This document shows, piece after piece, positions 13,899-26,304 of a stretch of DNA of 64,000 nt. Source of the stretch: Setoptus koraiensis (lineage: Eukaryota; Animalia; Arthropoda); contig CM106585.1 in NCBI GenBank assembly GCA_048013815.1, positions 23,374,001-23,438,000 on the forward strand, read 5' to 3'. A program made the position numbers and the translations under genes. The notes beneath the pieces were generated by a model. The model worked only from the letters and a program-made list of their open reading frames with translations, did no database searches and had not been told where the DNA came from. Every line of letters starts with the position of its first letter. Positions within the stretch are counted from its first letter, which is position 1.

Positions 13899-14804
13899 TC
13901 TCATTGCGTCTCGCTCTGGCTGCTGGCACACGCTTTTTGCATGATTGCATGATTAATTCCAATTTCGAGTGCCAATGCCAGACAGTAAATATACGACAAT
14001 CGACATTTGGCCGATATTTCAGCAGCAGCCCGACGCTGTCGTGCCCCAAACCGTTGCACCCAACCGTTGCCATCAAACCGTTGCACCCCGAACCGGGCGA
14101 AAGAGAGCACAAAAAAGCGGCCAGACAGGCGCCATGAGACGCGAGCAGCTCCTTTGATTTGGTGCTCGCACTTGGTGCCTGGGACATTTGCCAGAGAGGC
14201 GAGAGTTTGTCGGAGTGCATTGTTGCGCAATCCGGCGAGCTAGTCGCTTTGTTCAATTCGTTTTGTCAGTCACGATCGATGGCGGGCAACTCGACGAGCC
14301 ATTGAGGTGGCATTAACGTCTACAACTATGACCCATCTATGCCATGGCCTACCTAACTCGGCTTGCCATCGATTGGCCCACCAATGGCACCAGTGAGTTA
14401 GTGAGTAGTGGCACTCACGTCCGTCTTGAAACTGCGCCAAACTGGCACTGTCAGAGCAGGGGCAACACTAGCGCTGCTGAGGGGCCCCATTTCGCAACGA
14501 AATCTCTGGCTCATGTTGAACTGCTTAAAGCAGTCTGCCCCTGTTGAAATGGGGCCCCTGTTGTTCGAGTGAACGACTTGGCCTCGTTGGCGTTCTCTTT
14601 AGCTGTCTCGCTAACCCGGTGGCGCTGATGGCGACACCGCCATGATCACGGCGATCAGCACACCGAGCGAGATAGATCGCGCACAAAATTGAAATAAGAT
14701 TGAGAGACGTGCCACAACGATAACAACATTGTCAACGTGCCAGAGACGCTTTCAATTTTCCAGTCAACGCGCCGCTCGCGACCATTGTTTTGTTGTTGCA
14801 ACTG

Positions 14805-14859
14805 GCGACTAGCGACTCGCAACTAGCGACTCGCAACTCGCGAATAGCGACTCGCGACT
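14805..14859. repeat. degenerate 7/14-bp repeat (ACTAGCGACTCGCA-like)
   Basis: gcgactagcgactcgcaactagcgactcgcaactcgcgaatagcgactcgcgact. Confidence 0.8.
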
Positions 14860-15443
14860 TGAGACCCGCAAGCAGCCACTCGCAAGTAATCCCGTCGTCG
14901 GGCCCACGCAAATGCCTGGCCGATGGCTGCTCGGTCGGGAGCCACCGACCGAGCCACCGATACACCGCAGATGGGCGCGCCGTAACAAGCCGGCAGTGGC
15001 TGCCGCGACACGGCACAAGAGACGGCCCGCTCGAACGGGCCACCATCGATCAGCCGGGCCGAGGCGCGCGCGGCAATCGTGTCTCATTCGCGCAATCTTG
15101 TCCCGTTGACAGAATCTGGCCCCATTCGCATCTTGCCTGCTGCGTGGCTGCCTAACTCTCCAGTAGCTATACATGTAGCACGCAGAGAGTAACTGGAGTC
15201 TGGTTGTGTCGGCCCGAAATTGAAATTGAACGTCGCCCGCTGAAACCGGCTCGCCAGTCGCCACATCGGCCGGCCCCAGAGACAACTGGCGACAAACAGC
15301 ATATCCATCTAAATTAATATGTGCGCCATTGGGGCCTCAGTGCTCGCTGCCAGCGACACAGCTCGTCAACTAACCAAATGTTACCTAACCGATCGGCATT
15401 GCGGGGCCCGTTAGGGCGTTACATGCCGCATCGTTATCGTCAG

Positions 15444-15453
15444 CCCCCCCCCC

Positions 15454-15500
<47 letters not shown>
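15444..15500. repeat. poly-C run followed by (CA)~21
   Basis: Read directly from sequence. Confidence 0.95.
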
Positions 15501-15501
<1 letters not shown>

Positions 15502-15970
15502 GTCGAGCGGTGGTAACCAGATATTGGGCCCGAGCTGTATCTGTTGCCAGCAGCCGAGCCAGCGAGCGTGTATCGCAGCGGCACAGCGTGAAAAATGTGA
15601 GCGAAATTGTGAGGCCATCATCGGGCTCTTTTTGCCTTTTTGATCACTTTGGCCCATTTGCATAGAATGTACGGGCAACACGGCGAGTGGGGGCGCCGAT
15701 CGCGAATATCCGTTCTGCGGGCGCAATCACCAACAAACTGGCCCGCATGCTCACTCGATGTGAGTGTGTCCACGAACGCATATCTGCCGCTTGTAAGATG
15801 ATGAGCAAATTGCATAAAAGCAAACAGTTGCCCAACTCTAATGCTTATTATGTAATGTGTATTAAGCGAGCGAGAGGGGCTCGCAATGATGATGATGATG
15901 ATGGCGCCGATTGTGGGTAAATAACTAGATAACTGGGCCATGTTTTGGCCCCAACCAGAGAGGGCCACCC

Positions 15971-16030
15971 GTAACAGTGCAAGTAACAGTGCAAGTAACA
16001 GTGCAAGTAACAGTGCAAGTAACAGTGCAA
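15971..16030. repeat. 12-bp minisatellite GTAACAGTGCAA x5 perfect
   Basis: Five identical tandem copies followed by decayed copies. Confidence 0.95.
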
Positions 16031-16889
16031 ATAACATGCAATAACGGTCTATCTGTCATAAGCAACGGTGGTGGGCGCTTTTGGGGGCCCGGCTCTTTAT
16101 TCCGTTATTCTTGCGCAATCAATTGCTGCCGCCATGGCTGCTGCCACTGCCATTGCGTTTGCTTTTACTGCCACACACACTCACTGTGATACAACTGTGA
16201 TTGTGCCCGCTGCCTCTTCGCTGCCAACCATATCTGTCGCTTGGCAAGACTTGCCGCATTTAATCCAGGCTTGGCGCTGCTGGTTGCCAAAGAAATGCAA
16301 CCTCTTGCTCTCGTCTACGCGCGCGCGCGCCACTAGGGCCCATCTAAATTGGGCCCACTTACACGGTCCAATGGGCCGGCTGCAATGGCCTAGCTGCGAG
16401 GCATGAGCAACTTGCAGCTAGCTCGCCACTCAAGTAGCCCCTCGGTCAGTCGCTCGCCACTGTGCACGCTGCACATCATTAGGGGTCTGGCCAGGTTTCA
16501 CTGGCCAGCTTGTCAAGTTGGCGCTACATTCTTCATAAATTTTCTTTTGTTCACTTGCTGCGACGCTTGGCGTGCAGCGTGTGCCTCCACAATGCAACCA
16601 TCAACCAAGGCCAATCGAGCCAGCCAGCCGGCAAGATCTGGGCGCTTACACACCGAGCCACCGAGTCACCGAGTCACCGAGTTACCTGAGCACCTAGGCA
16701 CTTGGGCATCGAGACACGTAGATGAACATACACACCGTGGAAACTGTAGCAAGGTTGTGATAACACCTCACACCAGCGAAACATTTTTCGCGTCCGCTGG
16801 TTGGTGTTGTTTTTGTCATTATTATTGTTGGCCAAATTTTCTACCTGCTCGTTACAGCGAAACGATACGCGAACGCCAAGTGTCTATAC

Positions 16890-16945
<56 letters not shown>

Positions 16946-16990
16946 TTGCTGCTGCTGTTACTGCTGCTGTTGCTGCTGCTGCTACTGATG
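16890..16990. repeat. compound GTT/GAT/GCT trinucleotide repeat
   Basis: Read directly from sequence; source of the poly-L/V/A ORFs. Confidence 0.85.
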
Positions 16991-18335
16991 TGGGTGTTGT
17001 TGTGCCCGCTATGGTTGCGGTTGGTTAAGCGATTACGCCACCAGTTACCTGGGGCACCTGCACTAGGCCCGCTTGTTCAGCTCGCTAACGGATTATCAAT
17101 TACATTTGGCCCGGCGCTGTTACAAGGCTTGTTATTGGGCCAGTTAGATGTTACTGGATGCTTTTGTTGCTGGCTATTATCTCTTGATAACAACAACACA
17201 CAAACAATTATTTAGATATAGTGTAGCCATCATTAATTTCTGGCTCACAGCAGCAACCTTTATCCGGCTGGCGCCATCTCGATTATTTTGTATTATTGTT
17301 ATTGTATATGGTTAACTGTGTCATACAGCTTGTAGTGTTGTTTGCACTTGATGATGATCTAGCTACATGGTCTACACATATCCGATTTGGCACATACCGC
17401 ACACAAATACCGATTGCCGATAGCCCCCACTGACTGTATCGGCTGTATTGGTAGTAATCAAAATAATGACTATATCGCACACGGGCTTCCGTCCATCAAA
17501 TAGTAGATTGAATAACAGACGTGGCAATTGAGTGATGCAAGTCGCTGGAAGAACACAATTATTTCTAATTAGTCTAGTTAGTGTCGCTCTTTATGCCGCC
17601 GCTGCTAAATAGCACATAAACAGTTAGCGCGGCACAAGCCGGTTGCATAAACCTACAATCTACCTATTTTCTCATGCACTCGATAGCGGGGCCCCAATAT
17701 AATAGTTGGGGCACCCAACCAATGCACATAGAGGCACAGAGAGGCACAGAGAGACATAGAGACTCGCTAGTGGAGCGACTCAGAGACGAGGTAATGGTGT
17801 CAAGGCACGCAGTTTTGTTGTCGGGCATTTGGTTTAGTTGTGTAGTGTTTAGTTTAGTTGTGTAGCATTTAGTCCGGCAGGGGCGCCAGTGGTAGTTGTA
17901 GTGGTGACTGTAGCAGATAAGGTCGTAGTTTATATATAAAGTGTACACATAAAGGGCAACAAATGATTAGGCCATTATTACGTAACTATTACGTATAGAT
18001 TGCGCTGCCATGAGCTGGCCCATTGATGGCGGCCAAACTGCAATGGCAACAACAACGACAACCCCAAATCAGTGATAAGATCAACGTGGCCTCTATATCG
18101 GCGTCTCTATTTTGGTGCACGCGTTATCATTAACAGGGGCACTAGTTTATTTTCATGGCCAAACTGTTTGGATTGGCCAGAGTATAGCAACACAGGTTTA
18201 CTCTGCCAGCTATACAGGTAGACGCGTGCAGTTGGTGAGTCGCAACAGCGACTGAATGAAACATCTCAGCAGTTTTATGTCTGGCAGTTGCGCTAAATTA
18301 ATTCTCGCAAGGCCAGACAGGGTGCGCAATAGGGA

Positions 18336-18338
<3 letters not shown>

Positions 18339-18366
<28 letters not shown>
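18339..18366. repeat. (AG)14 microsatellite
   Basis: Read directly from sequence. Confidence 0.95.
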
Positions 18367-18371
<5 letters not shown>

Positions 18372-19609
18372 AATGGACAGCATAAATTTGTCTATCGACT
18401 AGCGACGATTCAGCCCATTCAATGGGCCGGCTATTTTTGCTTTCTTTAGTTGCCCTTCAGAGCCACATAGTGGCCAGCGGAGCACGGTCAAGAAAGCATG
18501 GCTGTTGCTGTTGTTGTATCATTAGCGGCCGAACAATTCCCAATGGGGCCCCGTCAGAGAATGAGGCCTCATTGATGCACAGGCTAATAATTATTTTTTG
18601 AGCCGGACCGAGATTTTGATTGAAATTCAACGGGCACCATAACAGGCTGAGCGCGGAACAGGGAGGCTCCCTCATTGAAACCAATGCACCAGAATGACAA
18701 CCAACAAAATTCTGGCCGTTGTGGGACAGTTCCGAGTTACTCAAAATGAAAGTTACGAGTTGCTGAACTGCCATTTCTCGTCATTGGCCACACACTACAC
18801 AGACAGCGACATTCACACATAAATTCTCACAAGTGCAGCTTGGCCAGCTCGACACAATTGCTGGTTGCAAGCGTTGACCGGGGCCTCAGTGAAAAGAGTG
18901 TCTTGCACGAGACACGGTCGTGTTGGGGCACGCACAAAGTACGCACTATCTCTATAATGATAAAGATGCCCGGCCCGTTAGTGACCAACTTCGACTAACG
19001 GTGTTAGTTTTGGCTGCTGCTCGAGTTTCTATTTGAGTTTTTTCGGGCGTTATTTACAAAAGTTTTGTTTAGCGAATTGCTGACACAAACCCACCAGGGA
19101 CAACTGATACAGTGATAGATGAACGGATAGCCATTTATTTGAGTGGGTCCCAATTATATACGATACATGTACGAATGGCGCGAGTGATGAATGGCACAAC
19201 CTGCCACGAGCCAGTTATACAATTGGCTCCAAATTACCCGTCTAGTTGCCCGTCTAGCTGGCTTGACATTGTGCACCGAATAGGCACGAGATGTCACTGC
19301 TGTTGTGCATGTTCGCTGATTGTCAAGCGCTCAACTGTCAAGCTACAATTTTTAAAAATTGTATCAATGCGTCTGGGCAATGTTTGAAAAAAATTAGTTG
19401 AAATTAAATTAGTTGGTGGATGCTGTGGGGCGAGAAAGGTCGCGCATTCACTGTCAGTATATGGGCAACATATCGGCTGTGCAACGAGAAATTGTTTGTT
19501 TGTCGAGCGGATCGCTTGCCAGTCATTTTTATCCAGTTGAGACTTGCAGCGGCCGACTGGTAAACACAATCTCGTGTCTAATTGACAGATGGGCGCAATT
19601 TTTCTATCA

Positions 19610-19651
19610 GCTGCCGGTGTCAATCCATCGGCTGCCGGTGTCAATCCATCG
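19610..19651. repeat. 21-bp perfect tandem duplication GCTGCCGGTGTCAATCCATCG x2
   Basis: Read directly from sequence. Confidence 0.9.
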
Positions 19652-22600
19652 GCCAGACCCAGAGTGGAGCCTCTGGTCGATGGTGCAGCTGATGATTGGG
19701 GCCAAGCTTGAGGGTGCGGCAGCATTTCGCCTGTCAGAAATCTAGCCAGTCAGACAGCGCACGACGGCGACAAGTTTCGCTGATCTCTGATATTGTACCG
19801 GTATTACGCGCCGTCTGATTGACGTTGAGTGTGTGTGCCCAACGAGGCGCCAGAGAGCACTCAAGAAACTATTATTACCTGTATTATGACCTGTAATTCC
19901 GAACAAATTCTAAATATAGCAACTAATTAAATCTAACAGGCAATTTATATACAAATTATGGGCTGCACTGTAGGGTGGTGACATAACAGATATCACACCT
20001 TTCGTATGCACGCTTAGCACGGGTTGTGCTAAGCGAGCTTATTTGCAGTGTTTGTCAGCTGAAAAGAAAACATGCGAAATGGGAATTGTTTTGACTCGCT
20101 TGGTGGTGGCAGATAATTTGCAGCCGACAGAGGGAGGTCAGACAAACAGCATTAAGATGGATTATCCTGGCATCAGTCAAATGGAGCACGTTTCAGTTGG
20201 CTGTCTCGCTGTTTGTACAACAGCAACCGGAGAGAAGGCATCCCAGGGTATGGGCACAATCATCAGAGTTATGCCGCATATAACGTCACAAATGGCGTGC
20301 CCTTGAACTCAAGCTCCATGTTATATGGTATATGGTGTACATGTTTGTCCACTAGTGGTCCTCTCTCGTGTGTCAAGCTTCTGGCCACTGCGGCCAATTG
20401 GCCATTTGGGCCGGAGTGGCCATGTTGCCGATATTAAGCGGACACAGGCCCGATCGAGAGCCGACTCGCAGCCATTTGGCACTTTGTTATGCTTCAGAGG
20501 CTCTCGAGTTGCGACTCGAGCCGAGCCTTTAGTCCAGTGGCCATTGTCGTCGAGTGGCCCACTTTAACAGCGCTGCAAACCCAACATGAGAAACAAATCT
20601 GGCCAGCGCTCTCTCTCTCTCTCGACTGGCCCTGGGCAAGGTGCCAACTCGATGTCGCCAGCCAGCGGATCGCCGAACCGGTCAGCCAGCGCGTCATCGG
20701 CCGGCTGGCTCGCTATCGGATCCCCTGCCAACTCAGGTAGTGCTGGCCGAGTGGTCAAGCTGGCCGAGTGATCAAAGTGCAGCCACTCGCTTGGGGCAAA
20801 CAAAAATATAACGATTGTCATTGATCATTCGAGAGCGTCGCCATTTGGCCATTTCGCCAGTGTGCCCAGCCAGCCATTTCAGTGTCGGCCAGCCAGCCGG
20901 CAAGTCGGTATCAATTCGAGGAAACACTTATAACCGGAGACACGGCCACACAATCTCTGTTTCATCGGGGTTTTGTCCGGTGGCACAAGCTCGTCCGCGG
21001 CTCTCCTCTCAAGGGGGCATTCATCAGCGTGTCCGACTGGCTGGCGAGCCAGCTTAAAGCCAAAATAGGCCCAACGGGTTTCTCCGCTCTCGGCTGTGAC
21101 CAACGGCTGAGGAAGCGACCCATTTTTTGCCATTTCTTTAAGAAATGTGGGATGGCGGCGCTCGCTGACACAACACTATATTAAACAACAATTTATAAAA
21201 CATTAACTCGAACACATTCGACAACGACAACAAATCCCGCGGTCGACCGCTAGCGCCACCGCCGCTCGTAATGCCGCCTCAATTTCAAACGGCCGCCAAA
21301 CGATACGACGTATATCGCGTCGCGCGTACATGTACCTCTCGTACGTGTGTAGCACGTAAAGGCGACGCATAGGCGACGCGGTGTACGCGCCTACGTACCC
21401 GTACGCGCGCCCTACATAAACCGAGATACGATATGTACCGAGGTACATAGCGCCGTTTGTATCGCGCTGCACGCGCTAGATGCCGTATTTACTGCCGTAT
21501 AACGCGCTCTATATATAGGAAAGAACATGATATAGGCAGCGTCATAAGCGTAGGCACCCATTCAAGGTCACGGCGAGCTAGGCGTCGTTGCTTTTGCCGT
21601 TTATGCTGATCTGTCCATGGCCGGTCTGGCGTGTCTATGGCTTGTCTGGGTCTAGTACAACAAATTACGCATTGCGCGATAAGCCAACGCAAGCGCCTGC
21701 TTAAGTGTGCACGGTCTGTCTGACCAATGGTGTAAAAGACCGATGTGCATAGTCCATTGAATTTCGGCACGACGGGCCTCATTTTCACTGCAAACTCAAT
21801 CTTGCATTTCCAATGCTAGCACTTACAAACACATATAAACAAGTGGCGCCAGCAATCCCACAAGAATATTCACCAAGCGACATGCCTGGCCAGCAGTAGA
21901 TTGCGTTATCTTATTATCTTTTGCTGGCCAGATCATTAGCACCAGCAGTTATAGTCACAGCAGTTGGCAGTTGGCAGTTGCAGCCTGACGGCCATTTGAG
22001 CATTCGCAAAATCGCCAAGATAGAATAGCGTTGAAACTGAAAGTAATAACAACAGTTTATATACAATTTATATGCATCAACTCTTATTCTGTCTGTGCAG
22101 TATCTGTTTATACTTTATTTTTCTGTTTATACTGGCTGCACACTGGCCAGACAGTGGACAATATATGTATATGTGTGTGTATTTAATGGTCTAGGCGCAA
22201 GTGGAGCCCAAGAAATCAATAACAGATCGCTCAGTGCAACCAAACAAACTTTTCTAATGGCTTCCGCTTATCTGACCAAATCGGCGAACATTCTCGCTGC
22301 AATTGCTTATTTTGCATTTATGCTTGGGCAGATTCGCATTTGTTTTTTCTCTCCTCCATTTCCATTCTCTTTCCTCCATTGCATTCGATATTCGATTGAT
22401 ATCTCTATTGCGATAACACATCACTTCAATCACTATGTATCAAATAAAATGGCCATCGCAGCCAAATACATACAAAGCTAATCTGTGTTTGTTTCCAAAA
22501 CCATTCCAAACAATGGCTCGTATGTGCACCGCAGCAGTGGCCTAAGCGCTTAAGCGGCATATAGTGACATTCGCGACTTCTGTTGTCGCCATCGCTGTTG

Positions 22601-23911
22601 CTTTTGCTGCGGTCGTTGTTGTTACAACATCGCTGTTGTTGGTTTAGCTTGCTGATTAACAATCACACTCATTTGTTATATCGTTATACAGTTGGCTACT
22701 CATTTCTTATGCTTGCAATTTGGACGCATATCCCAAGACGCACCAAGGCACAATGGATGGCTTCTCTTTCTTTCGCCTGCAGAATCGACAAACCATGCGG
22801 AAAGTCGTGTGTGTCAGAGTTGAATCGCAACAATCGATGCGAAAATAACGCTAGCCTGTGGTTAAATTTCAGCTCTTTCTTTTTCCTCTCATCCGTCCGC
22901 TACAAATGAAGCCTGTCAAGTAGCTACAGCTCACTCGCTATCACCGATATTGTCTTTCCTTGGCCAATTTCCTTGTCTAGCCAAAGAGCCATGAGCATTG
23001 GGCCAATTCTCCCTTCGAAGAGTACGCTACTAATGAGTGATACTCACATCATAGGGCACGTAATAGGCTGATTTAATGACAATGGTCACATGCAACCAAC
23101 TCACAGTCAACATGGTATCATGTTGCTAGATCGAATTATTAAAAAAGGTCAAGTTTTTATAGCAATAGCTAATACTGCCATCGCGGCTATTAGCTACCAT
23201 GACCTCAAGTAATAGCTCTAGCTCAGCATGCCATGTTTGTCTCAATCACGTCTTGTTTCTCAATATATTCCACCATGTTATATAATGAGCTTGATTAAAA
23301 GCAAGTCCTAATTAATGCGTCGTCATAGGCGTACTTGCAGTTTACATGCAGAACGTATCTTATACATGCTCTTCTTCTTTCTCTCCATTCTCTGTGGAAC
23401 CGAGGCAAAGTGAGCAGAAAATATTTATTATATCCAAATTATAGTTAAGTTTATTAAGCAAGGACGAGCAGAATAACAGTGGAGAGAAATTTGTGCCTAT
23501 AGAGTCACTCTACTGATTGTTTTTTCCGCGGTGAACATGAAATCAAAGTAAAAAAAAATATATTATTATTAGATAGAGGGCCGTATACATGTGTCTTATA
23601 TTTTGTTCCGACTGCATAGAACGAGCTTAGATTTTCTAATTTTATTTATTCTAACCAGCAGGATAAATTGTAACGATAGTAATAAAAATGACACTAGATG
23701 CTGATATTATAGTGATAGTCACAATGCGAGATTTACTCAAACAATCAATAGCATATATTATGAAAAAAAGAAATTGGCCTTTTTACAAACGAGAGAAAAC
23801 CTATCAGAGGTATGAAAACTGACCTTACATTATAGTTCAATGTAGCAAATCAAAAATAAACATACCACGAGAAAACATCATGACAAGACATTGGTATCGA
23901 TCATCTCATCT

Positions 23912-23963
23912 TAAATTATATAAATTATATAAACTATGTAAATTATGTAAATTGTGTAAATTT
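23912..23963. repeat. 9-bp AT-rich tandem repeat TAAATTATR x~5.5
   Basis: taaattata taaattata taaactatg taaattatg taaattgtg taaattt. Confidence 0.8.
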
Positions 23964-24278
23964 CGATTGTGAACTGTAAAAGTGGCTAATTAGAGAATTA
24001 GTTACTTGGGGATAGTGCAGATATGTAGCGTCATGTGATAAGAAGATGTGGCCTATTGATAATCAATGATAAGTAAAACTAGTAGACAATAAAATAGTGT
24101 TAAAAAGATCGTACGTGACGTAACTAAGTGTCTCTTGATTTTTAAGAAAATTTGAAATAAAACCATCACTAGATAGAGTAACCTTGAAGGATATCACAGA
24201 CAGGTATCGTTTATTATAGGTCGGTAGAATCGAATATTGTGTTCGCGTTCGACGATATTATCGGCTAAACAGAGAGTT

Positions 24279-25931
24279 TTAGACTGGGGGGCAAGAAAAA
24301 ATTTTTAAACTAGACGGGCGCTGGCTTCCTATGGAAAGTTCGTTACTCTTTTGTCTCATTGATGAATTTATCATATCCACTAATTTCTGGCAACCCAATC
24401 TAGAGGCCAAAGACTTCAAGTCGTCGAGAACTTCAGCATCGAGAGCGGGCAAAACGGATCCATAAATGAAATTCAAAAAGTGCTTTATGATGTTCGGACT
24501 AAAGTCGGACATGTCTATAGTGGGCAATCCATCTAATGTCATAGTTGGCCTGTTGTTTTTGAAAGTTCTCGTGAACCAGATCAGTTTGTGAGCGTAAAAA
24601 TTAGTATATCCGGACTTTATAGACAAATCCGCCATAAATTGTCTATTGACTAGGCCTAGTAAATCGTGAGATAAACTGGGAAAGTCGTTCATAACTTCAG
24701 ATTCGGGATCCTCAACATCTGCATCGGTTAACTCGTCAGCGTCTCCACTGACAGGAGCACCATTTTGCTTCCTATCTAGAACGGTAGAATAGATGCTGAA
24801 TTCTTCTACTAAAAACACCAAATCGTCATGCCTACAATTTTCAGTTTGACAGCTTGTAATATCACATACAGACAAACGGGACTTGTACCAGAGGTCAGGT
24901 ATTTTAAGATTCATAAGAGAATATTCAGCATCACCTTCGGTCGTTCGATAGGTTTGTCCCCTTCTCCAGTATTTACTAGCGGCTAATTCACGGTCAACTC
25001 GAACTTGAATAGTATTACATTTGTCCTCATCACTGATTAATTCGAGGCGACGCTTCTTGGTACCTTTTACATTCAGTTCAGCTGGCTTCAAATGACTCAA
25101 AGTAAGCATATTTTTTGTGTTTCCTTGAGGCAGTAATATGTCGGTGTGCGAGTCAGCAAGGATCTGACTTGTCTGATTTATCATCTGTTTCTTGGTTTCA
25201 TTTCTCATCATGTTCAGGACGCAACTCGATGGCTGTAGAATTATCGATGGTTGCGGTGGTGCTGGTTCAGTATGCACTATATTTTTGTCTGGGTCAGATT
25301 GACTTTCCGCCGATTGTGATACGTCGCTTGGATCTGTCATCATTGGCAAGCATTCATCATTAGCTACATGTTCTTCAGGAGTGGATTCCATAGAGGATTC
25401 ATCCTGAGGAACTTTACTCGGTTGGATGCTGGCTTGAGATGGCTGCATTGGTTGCAGTTGAATGCTCCAAGCGTTATTCTGTGATCTCTTTTTTGCCTTT
25501 TTTGTACCAGTTTCAGCCAGAGACATGGACAAAGCTTGGGCATACTCTACATCGGCACCAACTCGGCCCTCTTTCATGCATTTCAGAATGAAATTGTCCA
25601 AGATCTCTTTAGGGAATGGCTTTGAAGTTTCTTTGTTGGCTGCCAGTTGGGCGTTAATTTTGTCCCAAAATTCTATTAGTAAATGAGGGGGAATGTCATT
25701 CTTGAAGGCGCACAGCTTGAAATGATTGTAAACCTGTTGGAAGGACTTGGAACACACTGGACAAATGATACGCTGCTTAGATGGCTCATTTTGCCTGCCA
25801 GCGAGCAGGTGACCATTAGTTTCGAAGGCCAAACTAGTGGTGGGTCCACCTTCGATGCATATATTAACATGTTCTGTCCGAGATGCGGTATCGAGGGGAG
25901 TGAGATCCAAATTGCAAATAGGGCATAGCAT
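24279..25931 (-). CDS. SLX4: SLX4-like scaffold, N-terminal half only (2x UBZ4, MLR-like segment, BTB), 550 aa
   Basis: CPICNLDL...R.EHVNIC and CPVCSKSF...HFKLC..K.DI.PHLL match the tandem SLX4 UBZs. DVEYAQALSMSL is MLR-like. BTB motif DL.I.....FYAHKLI. AATAAA on the minus strand at 24210-24215. Confidence 0.8.
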   Translation of the reverse strand: MLCPICNLDLTPLDTASRTEHVNICIEGGPTTSLAFETNGHLLAGRQNEPSKQRIICPVCSKSFQQVYNHFKLCAFKNDIPPHLLIEFWDKINAQLAANKETSKPFPKEILDNFILKCMKEGRVGADVEYAQALSMSLAETGTKKAKKRSQNNAWSIQLQPMQPSQASIQPSKVPQDESSMESTPEEHVANDECLPMMTDPSDVSQSAESQSDPDKNIVHTEPAPPQPSIILQPSSCVLNMMRNETKKQMINQTSQILADSHTDILLPQGNTKNMLTLSHLKPAELNVKGTKKRRLELISDEDKCNTIQVRVDRELAASKYWRRGQTYRTTEGDAEYSLMNLKIPDLWYKSRLSVCDITSCQTENCRHDDLVFLVEEFSIYSTVLDRKQNGAPVSGDADELTDADVEDPESEVMNDFPSLSHDLLGLVNRQFMADLSIKSGYTNFYAHKLIWFTRTFKNNRPTMTLDGLPTIDMSDFSPNIIKHFLNFIYGSVLPALDAEVLDDLKSLASRLGCQKLVDMINSSMRQKSNELSIGSQRPSSLKIFSCPPV

Positions 25932-26247
25932 GGTATTTTATGGGATATGTTGGATATGCTATGTTGACGTTCGGATGTATTCGTAGACAGGGTAACAATA
26001 AATTATATGTCTCTCGATTTGGGGCTCTGGCGAATGATAATTGTCCGGCCTCTGACAGACAGCTTCAACAAATAAGGATTAATAGAATTGATACATTCAG
26101 CCAGAGTGCTAACAAAGGCGTACTTGGGTTACTGGCAAGGGTTTCACTGTAAGAATAAAAATGATCACATGCTCATAATTGTTCCGATTTTCAACTGACA
26201 AACTTGGCGCAAAAACTTTTTTTCAAATCTTTTCAAATAAGGCGCTT

Positions 26248-26304
26248 TGCGCATGCCCAGTGAAGAACGCAGCATGCTCTCGGGAGAGTTTTCACTGATG
26301 CGCA
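26248..26304. promoter_or_regulatory. NRF1/Ewg-like motif (TGCGCATGCCCA) and imperfect inverted repeat in the divergent SLX4/NACA promoter
   Basis: TGCGCA at 26248 and 26299 flank complementary cagtgaa/ttcactg. Motif match only. Confidence 0.3.

Noticed and set aside
20043-20437. Exon-like open frames in the gene-poor region
   Set aside because: Several frames are equally open, there is no recognisable domain, and no phase-matched partner exon was found.
10540-22910. Dozens of overlapping 60-270 aa ORFs (poly-C/V/L/N/A, RPAM and VQVT repeats)
   Set aside because: They arise from micro/minisatellites and GC-rich sequence, are open in several frames on both strands, and show no recognisable domain or consistent splice model.
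23200-23830. Protein-like short frames, including minus-strand EWRERRRACIRYVLHVNCKYAYDDALIRTCF and a plus-strand frame with an in-frame TGA after Cys (possible selenocysteine)
   Set aside because: The fragments are short, strand assignments conflict, no family was recognised and no SECIS was seen. They are not SLX4 SAP/CCD.
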